Shown: one piece after another, positions 19,666 to 29,509 of the stretch
Layout of the letters: each line of letters starts with the position of its first letter
Numbering within the stretch: the stretch's first letter is position 1
Origin: Candidatus Bathyarchaeota archaeon
Lineage (GTDB): Archaea > Thermoproteota > Bathyarchaeia > Bathyarchaeales > Bathycorpusculaceae
Assembly: GCA_963811105.1 (NCBI GenBank)
Contig: CAWEPZ010000011.1
Coordinates: forward strand, 672,001-736,000
Direction: 5' to 3'
DNA: 64,000 nucleotides
Program-made: the position numbers and the translations under genes
Notes under the pieces: generated by a model
Databases searched by the model: none
What the model was told of the DNA's origin: nothing
The model's input: only the letters and a program-made list of their open reading frames with translations

Positions 19666-22347
19666 TTATGCTCGTTTTCTTAGTATGAGCAAACCTACAA
19701 TTGCGACTGCGATGATTACAGCTATACCTGTTCCAACGATGTACATTTCATACGGTGGGAACACTACAGCTCCCTGTGTTGGCGTTGCTGTTGCGGTTGG
19801 TGCTTCGCTGACTATAGCGTGTGTTTCTGCCCATGAACTGCCATAGGAATTGTCGCCTGCAAAACTCGCGGTTATTGAGTATTGCCCTTCAATTGTTGGC
19901 GTCCACTTGTATGCGAATGTGCCGCTGGCGTCGCTTGTGGTATCTCCAATGTGTACGGTGTTTCCGTTAGGATCTAATGCATCAATGGAAACTGGAACAC
20001 CAATCACCGTCATGTTGTGGTACATTCCATCGATTGGTTGTTGATTGTATAGGTATTCCATGTATGTGTTCATTGTAGCGTCAGAAACGCATGCGACATC
20101 TACTAGTCCGCGGTTGTTTTTCATGGGTGCTTTTGCGCCGATTGGAGCGGTTGATGCCGGAACGATGCCTGGAGATTGGTCTAAGACTGAGCCGGATATA
20201 ACGACACTTGTTCCAGTGGTAATTTGAGTTTGCGGAATTGAAACAGAGGTTGCACTTGTGCCCTTGCCGAAGATGTACATGTAGCCGTCGTATTTGTCTT
20301 CAAAGGTTAAGTATCCGTCTGCTATTGCGCCCGGTGATCCACCGTCCATTTTACTCCATATTACTGCGCCTGTGGTTGCGTTGAGGCACCAAAGCCGCCA
20401 ATCTCTGTTCAAAGGTTCAGTTGGAGAGTGCTCACCGTTTGCATAATAGAGTTTTCCATCAGCGATTGTTGGGGCGTTGCTGAAAAGCGAAATAGATGGG
20501 TACCATGGAGACTCAAATGGTGTTCCTGGTGGAACAAAGTTCCAGGCTATTTTGCCTGTGTTCCAGTCGATTGCATAGAATCCACCGTAAGAGAAGTCAT
20601 AAAGTAAGCCACCGTAGGAAGCAGTCGTGTAAGGTCCGAAGTCTCCCCAAGGATACGATTCACCGCCACTTGAACCAGGTTTTGCAGTTTGCCATGCTAA
20701 TTGGCCTGCTTTGCTGCCTGTTATGTACCAGCTGTCCCACCATCCACCTAGGACACGAACTGCATACATGCCGTGGTCTGCGCATCCTGTGCTTGTGCTG
20801 AAGAAGACGTCGTTTGTTGTGACGTTCCATAGTACTTGACCTGTGGTTAAACTTACACCATAGATAAATTGTCCTTGTGTGGTGCCTGCGCCTGCTGGAG
20901 TTACTGAGCCAGTGTAAACGGATACCATTGATTCATAATCGGTTGTCCCTAAACTGCTTAATGGATAGGTAATGTTGTTTAGCACTGTGATTGATGTTGC
21001 GCTGCCGCTCATTGAAACTCCGATTGTTGTCCAGTTGACTAGGTAGTATTTTCCGCCCAGGTTTTGAATGCTTAAGACATAGGGATCGTTATAGAATGTG
21101 GCTGTGCTAAAAGGTAAGGAAATGTTCATCTGGACTGCACCGCTGTAAGGGTCGTATTTTATCATTCTTGTGCCACTTATGTACAGAAGTGAGTATGTGC
21201 CCGAGCCCATGCCTGTTTGTCCTGCACCCGGTTCCGAGGATACAACATTGTTATATGTTACTATGGTTGGGGTTTGTGTGATGCCTGTCTGTTCCCAGTA
21301 GATTGCGCCTGTGCGTATGTCATAGCACTGCCATACACTTACTGTTTCTTGCAATGTGGTGCCGTTAATTACTTCAGTCATTGGTTTGCTTATTGTTTGG
21401 TAGCCTCTGCCTTGGAAGATTATGTTTGGAGTTCCAGAGTAGGCACTTTCGCCTGGGCCGACCGAACGTATACCGTATTGTCCACCGCTAATTCCACCTA
21501 ATGCGCCTTCTCTTGCCCAAACTACGTGTGCAGTTTCAGGTCCTTGAACGTAGGGTGTGAACTTGTAGTTGTTTGCATAAGCATTGGTGTTTGCTGGCCA
21601 TCCTGGATAGGCACTCCCGCCTTGTCCAACGAATGGGTATTGTCCACCGATAGGCCACCATTCTCTATCAACGATGGATATGGGTCTTGTCCAGTAGTCA
21701 GTTGGCAATGGTGCAGCAGGGAATGAAGCTACCACTTCTTGTTGTACGTTGACTGTTGTTACGGGGCTTTGAGAGGGCTGGTAGTAAGCTGAATCCAAGT
21801 AGATTGGATTGCCGAAAGAGCTCACGCCGAGCAGAAGTGAAGCGGGAATGTCTGAAGCTTTATTGTATACAGCCCCGTTAAAGTATGTTCCATTAGGGAA
21901 ATAGTTGCCTGCAAAATTAAATACGAATGTCCATGCTCCTACTTGGTCAGGAACAAAAGTGAACCAGGCCGTCGCGTCTCCTTGATAAGAGTTTAATGGA
22001 CCTACAGTTTGTTTTGTTCCGTCTGGCTTTGTGATTGTAACGCTATATCCTGAGAAGAAGCGGTTCGTTTGTGCTGGAGGTTCAAGCCACATGTTGACCA
22101 GAAGCGTTTGACCAATGCCTACGGGATAAGGGGTAACGCTCATGAAAGAGGAGGTTGCGATAGTAATGCTTGCAGTGGAACCCTGCGGGATAGTCGTTTG
22201 CCACGGTGCATAAGTCGGTGCTCCAATACTTGTTACATCAGCTTTAGCCGGTAGAGGTATTGTAAATAATATAGCTGAAGCGATCAATAGAACCAAAATG
22301 ATTGACGTTGAGTTCGTTTTCTGCTTTGTCGAAAGATTAAATTGCAT
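19666..22347 (-). CDS. Large secreted, C-terminally anchored PQQ-like beta-propeller surface protein (paralog of 12772-15501)
   Basis: Shares LLVNMW, CYDxxTGxIY, EHxPxxP, LNATTG and VPVSIDALDPN segments with the paralog; signal peptide and C-terminal TM-RKRA. Confidence 0.8.
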   Translation of the reverse strand: MQFNLSTKQKTNSTSIILVLLIASAILFTIPLPAKADVTSIGAPTYAPWQTTIPQGSTASITIATSSFMSVTPYPVGIGQTLLVNMWLEPPAQTNRFFSGYSVTITKPDGTKQTVGPLNSYQGDATAWFTFVPDQVGAWTFVFNFAGNYFPNGTYFNGAVYNKASDIPASLLLGVSSFGNPIYLDSAYYQPSQSPVTTVNVQQEVVASFPAAPLPTDYWTRPISIVDREWWPIGGQYPFVGQGGSAYPGWPANTNAYANNYKFTPYVQGPETAHVVWAREGALGGISGGQYGIRSVGPGESAYSGTPNIIFQGRGYQTISKPMTEVINGTTLQETVSVWQCYDIRTGAIYWEQTGITQTPTIVTYNNVVSSEPGAGQTGMGSGTYSLLYISGTRMIKYDPYSGAVQMNISLPFSTATFYNDPYVLSIQNLGGKYYLVNWTTIGVSMSGSATSITVLNNITYPLSSLGTTDYESMVSVYTGSVTPAGAGTTQGQFIYGVSLTTGQVLWNVTTNDVFFSTSTGCADHGMYAVRVLGGWWDSWYITGSKAGQLAWQTAKPGSSGGESYPWGDFGPYTTASYGGLLYDFSYGGFYAIDWNTGKIAWNFVPPGTPFESPWYPSISLFSNAPTIADGKLYYANGEHSPTEPLNRDWRLWCLNATTGAVIWSKMDGGSPGAIADGYLTFEDKYDGYMYIFGKGTSATSVSIPQTQITTGTSVVISGSVLDQSPGIVPASTAPIGAKAPMKNNRGLVDVACVSDATMNTYMEYLYNQQPIDGMYHNMTVIGVPVSIDALDPNGNTVHIGDTTSDASGTFAYKWTPTIEGQYSITASFAGDNSYGSSWAETHAIVSEAPTATATPTQGAVVFPPYEMYIVGTGIAVIIAVAIVGLLILRKRA

Positions 22348-22549
22348 TTTATCTTTCTCCTTTAGTTTTGAAACCTCTTATCAATGGGCTACTTTTAAAG
22401 TTTGTCAGAAATTTGCCAAGAATAGAAGATTTAGGTCTTCACCATGAAGAGTAAATTAGCAAGACCATTACAACTCAAAAAAGAAAAAATTTGTCGCAAA
22501 AAGAATATAAGGCGAAGCGATTTCGCTGGTAAGTTAACCAACGTTTATG

Positions 22550-23977
22550 CTATTCGCCCAGAATACGTCTGAATGCTGGAAACATTTCTGCTGCCCGCTC
22601 ACGCATTAGTAGTTCGTAGTATTGGTAAATGATGCCTACTGACAGCAAGATGCCCGTGCCTGACCCGAAAGCGCCTAGGAAGTCGGAGAGTCCAGCGATT
22701 AGTCCAACCATGATTCCGCCAAGCACAGTTACCACAGGAATGTAGCGTTTGAGAACAGCTTCTATGGGTCTTCCCGATCTGCGGTAACCTGGAATTTGCA
22801 TGCCTGAATCCATAAGTTGCTGTGCAACTTTTGCAGGTCCCAAACCGCCCACTTCAAGCCAAATTAGCGAGAAGACAGCGCAGAAAGCAACCACAACCGC
22901 TAGGTAACCGACCGCTCTCAACGGGCCTATTGCAACTTGTTGAATGTTCTGTGGTGCAGTAACAAAGTAAGCTAGACCACCAACAGGTTGAACACTGACA
23001 CTACCGGTACTTGATGTTGTCTGGTTAAAGTCGCCTATTATCTGGAATAACAAATTGGTGCCAGGAGGAGGCCGGTGAAATTGGCTCCAGAGTAGTTGAG
23101 AGAAGAAGTAAACGTTTGCGAACAGAGCCGATGCGAATATTACTGGGAGGTTTGAGACGTATAGCAGCTTGATTGGGTATCTGCTTCTGAAGCCTTTGTA
23201 CCCTGCATAACTCATTGGAAGTTCAATTCTGACTCCGTTCAAATAGATAACTATCATGAAGACAATGGCGGTTGCAACGAAGCCAAGCAAGGATGGGTAA
23301 ATTCCGTTGGCTGCACCAAATACCCATGTAAAAAGTGACTGATGCCCGCCTAAGTAACTTGAAAGAGAACCTACAAACAACCCAGTGGTGGGCGAAAATG
23401 TATCCCATAGAATAGTTTGGGCAACACCAGCCATGATAAACAAGCTGATTCCGCTACCCAATCCCCAGCCTTTCTGTACAAGTTCATCCATTAACATAAC
23501 AATTATGCCTGCGGCTATCAGTTGTAGGAAAATGACGATAATGACTGGTCCAGAAAGGCTTGGTCCATACATTCCGCTTATAATGTAAGCTGCAGCCTGA
23601 ATACCAGTGAGCAGAACACTGAAAACTTTGCTTGCCGAAGTGAATAATCCTCGATCTTCAGAATTTGACATGTCGCATTCAATTATGTTTGAACCTGCAA
23701 GCAACTGTAGAATTAAACCAGCTGTAACAATTGGTCCAATGCCTAGTTCCATTAGGGTTCCGCGGTTAGAAGCAAAAATAACGCGCAATGCGCTAAACTG
23801 ATCTGATGCAGATGCTGCAACCCCATAAAGGGGGATTTGAGTCATCACAAGGAAGATAACTAATACAAGAGCTGTCCAGAAGATCTTTTCGTTAAAGCTA
23901 ACTTTTCGCTCGGGCTTCTTTATTTCGGGTAGAATTCTGCCTATAGGTTTAAAGAGTCCGAGGAATCTTCCGGGCAT
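22550..23977 (-). CDS. secY: Preprotein translocase SecY/Sec61alpha
   Basis: GTLMELGIGPIVTAG, GLGSGISLFI, YPIKLLYVSNLP, GSGTGILL. Confidence 0.97.
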   Translation of the reverse strand: MPGRFLGLFKPIGRILPEIKKPERKVSFNEKIFWTALVLVIFLVMTQIPLYGVAASASDQFSALRVIFASNRGTLMELGIGPIVTAGLILQLLAGSNIIECDMSNSEDRGLFTSASKVFSVLLTGIQAAAYIISGMYGPSLSGPVIIVIFLQLIAAGIIVMLMDELVQKGWGLGSGISLFIMAGVAQTILWDTFSPTTGLFVGSLSSYLGGHQSLFTWVFGAANGIYPSLLGFVATAIVFMIVIYLNGVRIELPMSYAGYKGFRSRYPIKLLYVSNLPVIFASALFANVYFFSQLLWSQFHRPPPGTNLLFQIIGDFNQTTSSTGSVSVQPVGGLAYFVTAPQNIQQVAIGPLRAVGYLAVVVAFCAVFSLIWLEVGGLGPAKVAQQLMDSGMQIPGYRRSGRPIEAVLKRYIPVVTVLGGIMVGLIAGLSDFLGAFGSGTGILLSVGIIYQYYELLMRERAAEMFPAFRRILGE

Positions 23978-23986
23978 TTAGCAGCT

Positions 23987-24412
23987 TTACTCTCCGTTGG
24001 CTTTGGAGCTAAGGATTTCTCCGCCAGCTTCTTGGATTTTTTTGGCTGCCGATTTAGAGTATGACGAGACCTTTATGGTTAGAGGTTTCGTTACTTTTCC
24101 TGTGCCTAGAAGTTTAGTATAACCTAATTCAGTCAGATTTATTTTTTGTTTTTCCTGACTGCCACTTTGTGTGATTTCTTCTAGTTTTTTGAGGTTTATT
24201 GTGTTTACTTTATTATGAAGACTCTGAGGTGAGGTAAAGCCATTTTTACCGAAGTAATGAGGTTCATGAGTTACAACCCAACTCCACAGGTGCTTATGCC
24301 TTCCAACTTTCCTGTGTCCTTTGGAGCCACTGTCTCGATGTTGACCTATTCTTCCGTAGCCCACAGTCCTGCTGCCTCTAAATTTTCGTATTTTTCTAAG
24401 TTTATGCGGCAT
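23987..24412 (-). CDS. rpl15: 50S ribosomal protein uL15
   Basis: RKFRGSRTVGYG, HYFGKNGF, KLLGTG, SKSAAKKIQEAGG. Confidence 0.95.
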   Translation of the reverse strand: MPHKLRKIRKFRGSRTVGYGRIGQHRDSGSKGHRKVGRHKHLWSWVVTHEPHYFGKNGFTSPQSLHNKVNTINLKKLEEITQSGSQEKQKINLTELGYTKLLGTGKVTKPLTIKVSSYSKSAAKKIQEAGGEILSSKANGE

Positions 24413-24878
24413 TATAGTCAGCTTCTTTGTTTATTGCTGTTTCAGCTTTTTTTAGCTTAACTTCAAGTACACCATTCTTGAACTTGGTATACATGACGTC
24501 TGGAATCACTAACTTCGGCAGATTTAAACTTTTATAGTACCTACGATCTTTTGATTTTGCCGACAGTATAAGTTTCTGGTCTTTCAAATGAATTTTGAAG
24601 GTTTCCTTATTAAATCCTGCGATGTCAGCTATTATAATAATGTAGCTGCTTTCTTGGAATATATCAATCAACGGTTTTTGTTCTTGAAAGTTTCGTTGTG
24701 CAAAGCTTTTGGGCGCGCGGAAGTTTGCAGGAACAGAGACTGATTTTGCACGACAAGTGTGTTCTGGTGAGATGTTTACTCGTGGTTTCTTGGTTTTCGC
24801 TATTGTACTGTCAAAATCCAACCATTTTCGATTTTTTGTACTTCGACGCCATTTTGCGCTCGTATCTTTCCCCTCCAA
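24402..24878 (-). CDS. Divergent Hsp20/alpha-crystallin domain protein
   Basis: PLIDIFQE...IIADIAGFNKE...YYKSLNLP...FKNGVLEVKLKK, with a basic N-terminus. Overlaps rpl15 by 11 nt. Confidence 0.82.
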   Translation of the reverse strand: MEGKDTSAKWRRSTKNRKWLDFDSTIAKTKKPRVNISPEHTCRAKSVSVPANFRAPKSFAQRNFQEQKPLIDIFQESSYIIIIADIAGFNKETFKIHLKDQKLILSAKSKDRRYYKSLNLPKLVIPDVMYTKFKNGVLEVKLKKAETAINKEADYNAA

Positions 24879-25127
24879 TTAACTAACGAATTTCATCTTT
24901 CTAATTATAAAAGATATCGCACATAAAGGGTAAGAAAACGCCAGATTCTCTTAAAGCAATTTACATACTAAAATGTTGACTCCAGACCTAATTTCACCTT
25001 AAGGCGGAAGGTCGAAACAAAGAATCACTTTTAACTCACTCTTCTAACAACCATAACATAATAGGAAAAACCTACTTAAACAGAAAAAAGATGTTGATTA
25101 AAAATTAATGGGAACAACGCTTAGCCT

Positions 25128-25616
25128 TTAGACCATGCGTTTTACTAAAGCGTTAATTGCTTCTCCACGGTAGCCTGATTCGCCGCCTGCGTTAAAGCCC
25201 TTCTTGGTTTTGCCCTTGTAGCCTTTGCTTGGTGGATGCATCTTAAATCGTGCTTCAATATCTGGGAGCTTCTTATATTGTACTTTGCAGCTTACGATTG
25301 CTTCTGCAAGGTCATCGACGGATTTGTAGCCTACTTTTTGGATATATTCATCGGTTAGTTTTTTGTCGCCCGCTAATCTAGCGCGTTTTTGCAGCATCAG
25401 AGCAACGGTTTCTTTTGTGGGCTCGCCATATGTGACATAGCTGTTTACTCGTTGAAGCATGCCTTTGTATGCTGCTCTACTGTCGATTATTACTGCATGG
25501 TTAGTTTGGGCTAAATGCAGGAAGTCAAGGGTTTCTCGTGTTTCTTTTTGGGCACTAACAGTTCCCCTAATCTTGACCACGACAAGGCACTTGTATTCTT
25601 CAGTTTTCTGCGCCAT
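25128..25616 (-). CDS. rpl30: 50S ribosomal protein uL30
   Basis: VVKIRG, GMLQRVNSYVTYGE, GYRGEAINALVKRM. Confidence 0.95.
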   Translation of the reverse strand: MAQKTEEYKCLVVVKIRGTVSAQKETRETLDFLHLAQTNHAVIIDSRAAYKGMLQRVNSYVTYGEPTKETVALMLQKRARLAGDKKLTDEYIQKVGYKSVDDLAEAIVSCKVQYKKLPDIEARFKMHPPSKGYKGKTKKGFNAGGESGYRGEAINALVKRMV

Positions 25617-26276
25617 TTATTTCACCCAGTCCACTTGAGTAATCAAATTATATGTTTTCCGTAAACCGTCAAAGATCGCACATGCGTAGGATGGCACGGT
25701 TCTTGTTGAACCGTAACTTCTCATCCATAAGTCTTTGACCCCGGCTAGGCCTAAGATGACTTTTGCTACTTCACTTGAGACTAAGCCTAAGCCTCTAGGA
25801 CCAGGAACAATAACTACTCGGACACCACCGCATTTTCCTTCAACTTGGAATGGAACTGAATGAGGTTTACCACAACCGCACTCCCAACTGCCGCATCCGC
25901 GCTTTACTGGAATAATGTTTAGACGGGCATTTACAGCAGCCTTCTCAATTGCGTTTCGCACTTGGCTGGCTTTTCCAGAGCCCAAACCGATATAGCCATC
26001 TCTGTTTCCAACGGCAACTATGGCTTTAAAGCGGGACTTTTCGCCAGCGTCAGTTTGTTTCTGCACCAGGTTAACGTTTATGACTTCTTCTTGAAGGTCA
26101 GGAATTAATGAGTCAACTATTTGGGATTCAGAAATCTTTATACCACTTAAGAACACATCTTCGATTGTTGTAATTTTGCCTTCTTGAATAAGCTTACCTA
26201 ATCTAGTTTTTGGAATCCATGCTTCTAAGTTAGTTTCTCGTTCTCTTGGTCTTTGCGAAGATTGACGACGACTCAT
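25617..26276 (-). CDS. rps5: 30S ribosomal protein uS5
   Basis: WIPKTRLG, VQKQTDAGEKSRF, RGCGSWEC, PGPRGLGLV. Confidence 0.97.
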   Translation of the reverse strand: MSRRQSSQRPRERETNLEAWIPKTRLGKLIQEGKITTIEDVFLSGIKISESQIVDSLIPDLQEEVINVNLVQKQTDAGEKSRFKAIVAVGNRDGYIGLGSGKASQVRNAIEKAAVNARLNIIPVKRGCGSWECGCGKPHSVPFQVEGKCGGVRVVIVPGPRGLGLVSSEVAKVILGLAGVKDLWMRSYGSTRTVPSYACAIFDGLRKTYNLITQVDWVK

Positions 26277-27328
26277 GCTTTCTTTCCACCTTTCTTACTT
26301 GCCTTTTCCTTTGGCGCTGCCTTTTCCTTTGGCGCTGCCTTTTCCTTTGGCGCTGCCTTTTCCTTTGGCGCTGCCTTTTCCTTTGGCGCTGCCTTTTCCT
26401 TTGGCGCTGCCTTTTCCTTTGGCGCTGCCTTTTCCTTTGGCGCTGCCTTTTCCTTTGGCGCTGCCTTTTCCTTTGGCGCTGCCTTTTCCTTTGGCGCTGC
26501 CTTTTCCTTTGGCGCTGCCTTTTCCTTTGGCGCTGCCTTTTCCTTTGGCGCTGCCTTTTCCTTTGATTCAACTGACTTCGGTTTCTTTGCTGCAGGCATG
26601 GGCTTTGCTACTACTTTTTTAGCTGAAGGCTTTTTAACTTCTGTGGGAGTAAGTTTTTCTTCTTTTGAAGGAGCTTTTTCTTCTTTCGCTGGAATAACCT
26701 CTTCGACAGGTGTCTTTTTCTCTGGAACAACTTGTTTTCCAGTCCTAAAGGAATCCATGATTTCTGCCTTGACTTTGGTGAAGTGCTCCGGCATTTTTTC
26801 AGGAGCAACTCCTTTGGCTTTATATTTTGAAAACTTGGCGTTATATTCTTCTGAACCCGCTCCAAGGCTCTTGGCGTACTGGGCTATGTGTTCGCCTTTT
26901 GTGCGCTCTTTAACAATTTTTTCTTCACTATGCGGGATCTCTATGCCAGCGTCTAAAACTCCATTCAATGCGGCGAATATTTTGGCGCCTTTAGTTGGGG
27001 CAACCAAACCGATATCTAAAATGGCTTCTTTAATTCCGTTAGATTTCGCCTTTGAACCGCAAAGCAAACCTGTAAGGTAAGCTGCTGGAATGTTGCCAGT
27101 TGGAGCCTTCCAACTATAGTTTTTAACAAGTTCACGGCTATTGGCTGCAGCTAAAACCTCGTCACCATGCGGCTTAGCGATCAATATTTGTATTGTAATG
27201 TTTCTGTTTGCTGGTCGAGTAACAAGCCTAGGCTTTCTAGAACTTACTAGTGCCTTGCGTGCTTGGTAATCTGTTTTTCCCTCGCGTCTTCGTCTTAATT
27301 GTACGCGGTAATTGCTACTTCTTGCCAT
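26273..27328 (-). CDS. rpl18: 50S ribosomal protein uL18 with a ~155-aa K/E/A/P-rich C-terminal tail
   Basis: RRRREGKTDY, GNIPAAYLTG, AILDIGL; tail contains (KEKAAP)14. Confidence 0.95.
   Translation of the reverse strand: MARSSNYRVQLRRRREGKTDYQARKALVSSRKPRLVTRPANRNITIQILIAKPHGDEVLAAANSRELVKNYSWKAPTGNIPAAYLTGLLCGSKAKSNGIKEAILDIGLVAPTKGAKIFAALNGVLDAGIEIPHSEEKIVKERTKGEHIAQYAKSLGAGSEEYNAKFSKYKAKGVAPEKMPEHFTKVKAEIMDSFRTGKQVVPEKKTPVEEVIPAKEEKAPSKEEKLTPTEVKKPSAKKVVAKPMPAAKKPKSVESKEKAAPKEKAAPKEKAAPKEKAAPKEKAAPKEKAAPKEKAAPKEKAAPKEKAAPKEKAAPKEKAAPKEKAAPKEKAAPKEKAAPKEKASKKGGKKA
26301..26565. repeat. Perfect 18-bp tandem repeat, 14 full copies plus 13 nt (GCCTTTTCCTTTGGCGCT), encoding KEKAAP in uL18
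   Basis: Read directly; the units are identical. Confidence 0.97.
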
Positions 27329-27329
27329 C

Positions 27330-27785
27330 TTAACGTTTCCTCCATAATTCATTAGATTTCAAATTCCGTTCAAGCTCTGCTATAGATTGGAACCTACCGC
27401 TTCCTGCCATCCTGTAATATTGGCTGTAGGTATCCTCGGTTATGGTTCGGGTTGCTTTTAACTCACGCAACTTGCGTCTTAAAGAGCGGATTTTTATCAT
27501 CCAAACTTCTTTCTTTGTAACCTTTGCGTACCCTGCTCCTTTTAGGCTACCTGGTCCACTGCGTCTGCCTTTTCGTTTTTTCTCTCGGATGACTTTTGCT
27601 CTTGATCTGCTTACGCCTTTCTCAGGCAATGAAACAATGACTTTTTCGTGAATGAGTTTTCTTACTTCTTCGCGTGTAATTGCGCTTTCAACATCGCTCA
27701 TGTGCTCAGGATTAATCCAGACTCGGTTTTGCCCGATTTTTAAGATCTGTGATGCTAAGCGTCTTTGGCTCTTTAGATCAGTCAT
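27330..27785 (-). CDS. rpl19e: 50S ribosomal protein L19e
   Basis: LKSQRRLASQIL..G.NRVWI, AITREEVRKLI, GRRSGPGSLKG. Confidence 0.96.
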   Translation of the reverse strand: MTDLKSQRRLASQILKIGQNRVWINPEHMSDVESAITREEVRKLIHEKVIVSLPEKGVSRSRAKVIREKKRKGRRSGPGSLKGAGYAKVTKKEVWMIKIRSLRRKLRELKATRTITEDTYSQYYRMAGSGRFQSIAELERNLKSNELWRKR

Positions 27786-28375
27786 TCTTTTTCTTCTCCT
27801 TTCTTTGGTTTACTTTTTGCTTTCTTCGGTGTCTTTTCTTTCTTGGGCTTTTCTTCTTTCTTTTCGACTTCTTTCGCTTCTTCCTGCTCTGTTTCTTCGA
27901 CTTCGGTTACTTCTTCCGCTTCCTCTTCGGTTTCTTCATCTTCTTTCTTTTCAACTTCAGTTGCCTTTGAAATCTTGATGTTCAAGATTTTGATGTTGAG
28001 TTTTTTGGCTTCCGCAATTATTGTTGCACGTTTCCTTTTGCCGACTCTATGGGCGATGCGTGCGGCTTGAGTATTGGGGTCAATATTTGAAAGTGCCTCT
28101 GCGTTGTAAACGATAACTTCTCGGTATCCAGATGGATGTAAACCTCTGGCAACTTTTGGTCCTTTGTAGCCAACGCTTGGACCTGGAGGCCAACCTTTGA
28201 TTTTTCGCCTAATCTTATTATCTAAGCCTTTGGGTTTTCTCCAGCTTAGGCTAAAGCGATCAAATTTCCAACTTTCAGCTCTTACGAATGCGGGCTTCTT
28301 GTTTTTTGCGCGTGCTCTAATTCTGAGCGCTTCGCGTGCTGGTGAAGGTTTCTTTTGGGTTTTTTCGGTAGTCAT
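27782..28375 (-). CDS. rpl32e: 50S ribosomal protein L32e with an acidic then basic C-terminal tail
   Basis: WRKPKGLDNKIR, RGLHPSGY, IAHRVGKRKR; tail EEETEEEAEE...KKAKSKPKK. Confidence 0.95.
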   Translation of the reverse strand: MTTEKTQKKPSPAREALRIRARAKNKKPAFVRAESWKFDRFSLSWRKPKGLDNKIRRKIKGWPPGPSVGYKGPKVARGLHPSGYREVIVYNAEALSNIDPNTQAARIAHRVGKRKRATIIAEAKKLNIKILNIKISKATEVEKKEDEETEEEAEEVTEVEETEQEEAKEVEKKEEKPKKEKTPKKAKSKPKKGEEKE

Positions 28376-28920
28376 TATGCAACTCCCTCGTTTCTTTCAA
28401 ACACGTATATACCATCAAGGAAAACACGTGGGTCTTTTCGTCGTACTCTTGTGGATTGCTCGATGTTGGCAGCGGTTTGGCTAACATCTTCCAAGTTTGC
28501 GCCTTCAACGATGATGTCTTCGGGGTCAATTTTGACTTTAACATCGCCAATTATTTTCACTTTTCGTGCTCTTCGTTCGCCAGTAAAGTTTTCAATCATA
28601 ACAAATTTGCCTTGAATCTTCACTGAAATTGGGAAGTGGGAGAACACAATTTTTAGCTTGTATGTGTAGCCTTTTGTCACTCCGGTAATCATATTTTGAA
28701 TGTGTGAAGTTATTGTTCCTACGAGAGCAGCTTCCTTTTTGCGGGGCCAATTTGCCCAAATGCGAATGTTTTTGCCTTCGCCTTCTATTTCGATAGGAGC
28801 AAATGAAAAGTCACGTGTTAGAGAGCCTTTTGTGCCTTTAACACTAATTTTTTTGCCGTCTAGTTTGACGTCTACGTTGTCTGGAACCTGAATGGTATTA
28901 GATATTTCTGGAAGCCGCAT
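28375..28920 (-). CDS. rpl6: 50S ribosomal protein uL6
   Basis: HIQNMITGVTKGY, SHFPI, DPRVFLDGIYV. Confidence 0.96.
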   Translation of the reverse strand: MRLPEISNTIQVPDNVDVKLDGKKISVKGTKGSLTRDFSFAPIEIEGEGKNIRIWANWPRKKEAALVGTITSHIQNMITGVTKGYTYKLKIVFSHFPISVKIQGKFVMIENFTGERRARKVKIIGDVKVKIDPEDIIVEGANLEDVSQTAANIEQSTRVRRKDPRVFLDGIYVFERNEGVA

Positions 28921-28932
28921 AAATTACACCTT

Positions 28933-29316
28933 TTAATATACGAAGGCTAACAACCTTCCTCCAACGTTCTTTTCTTGTGCATCCTTGTGAGCTATAACGC
29001 CTTTTGAAGTGGAAACAACCATTATTCCTATGTCCCTGGATGGCAAAAATTTCTTTTCCCAATCTTCAAATTCGCCAACTTTAGCTGGATAGCGTGGTTT
29101 GATTGGCCCACACTTGTTTATTCTGCCGAGTAATTGGACTTTGAATTTTCCAGATCGGCCATCATCGATAAACTCGAATTCTCCGATGTAGCCATTAAGC
29201 TGCATTATGCGTAGTACTCTTCCCAAAAGTTTAGAGGCGGGGCTAATTATGCATTCGCGCTTGTTACGCATTTCATTATTTATGATAGTTATCAAACCAT
29301 TTGTTAAAGTGTCCAT
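28933..29316 (-). CDS. rps8: 30S ribosomal protein uS8
   Basis: GYIGEFEFIDDGRSG, STSKGV, GGRLLAFVY. Confidence 0.96.
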   Translation of the reverse strand: MDTLTNGLITIINNEMRNKRECIISPASKLLGRVLRIMQLNGYIGEFEFIDDGRSGKFKVQLLGRINKCGPIKPRYPAKVGEFEDWEKKFLPSRDIGIMVVSTSKGVIAHKDAQEKNVGGRLLAFVY

Positions 29317-29328
29317 CTACTTTAGCTC

Positions 29329-29493
29329 CTACTCATATTTTTTAAACCCAAGTTTTGGGGCTGCCTCTCTGAAACAGTGCCTACATAAATATAAATCGTA
29401 CCGTCGAATAACGGGCCCGTACGAGCCGCACCTAACACATGGGCGAGAGCCTTTGCCGTATTTGCGTTCTTTCTTTACTTGCTGTTTTCCCAT
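29329..29493 (-). CDS. rps14: 30S ribosomal protein uS14, Zn-binding type (not in ORF track)
   Basis: Manual translation [54 protein letters not shown]; lies at the expected position between uL5 and uS8. Confidence 0.95.
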   Translation of the reverse strand: MGKQQVKKERKYGKGSRPCVRCGSYGPVIRRYDLYLCRHCFREAAPKLGFKKYE

Positions 29494-29509
29494 ACATTTA
29501 TCCTCAGTT

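Noticed and set aside
26230-27080. ORFs with RQRQRK, CLFLWR, AAFSFG and LALPFP repeats; possible CRISPR-like array
   Set aside because: These are alternative-frame readings of the 18-bp repeat in rpl18. There are no spacers, so it is not a CRISPR array.
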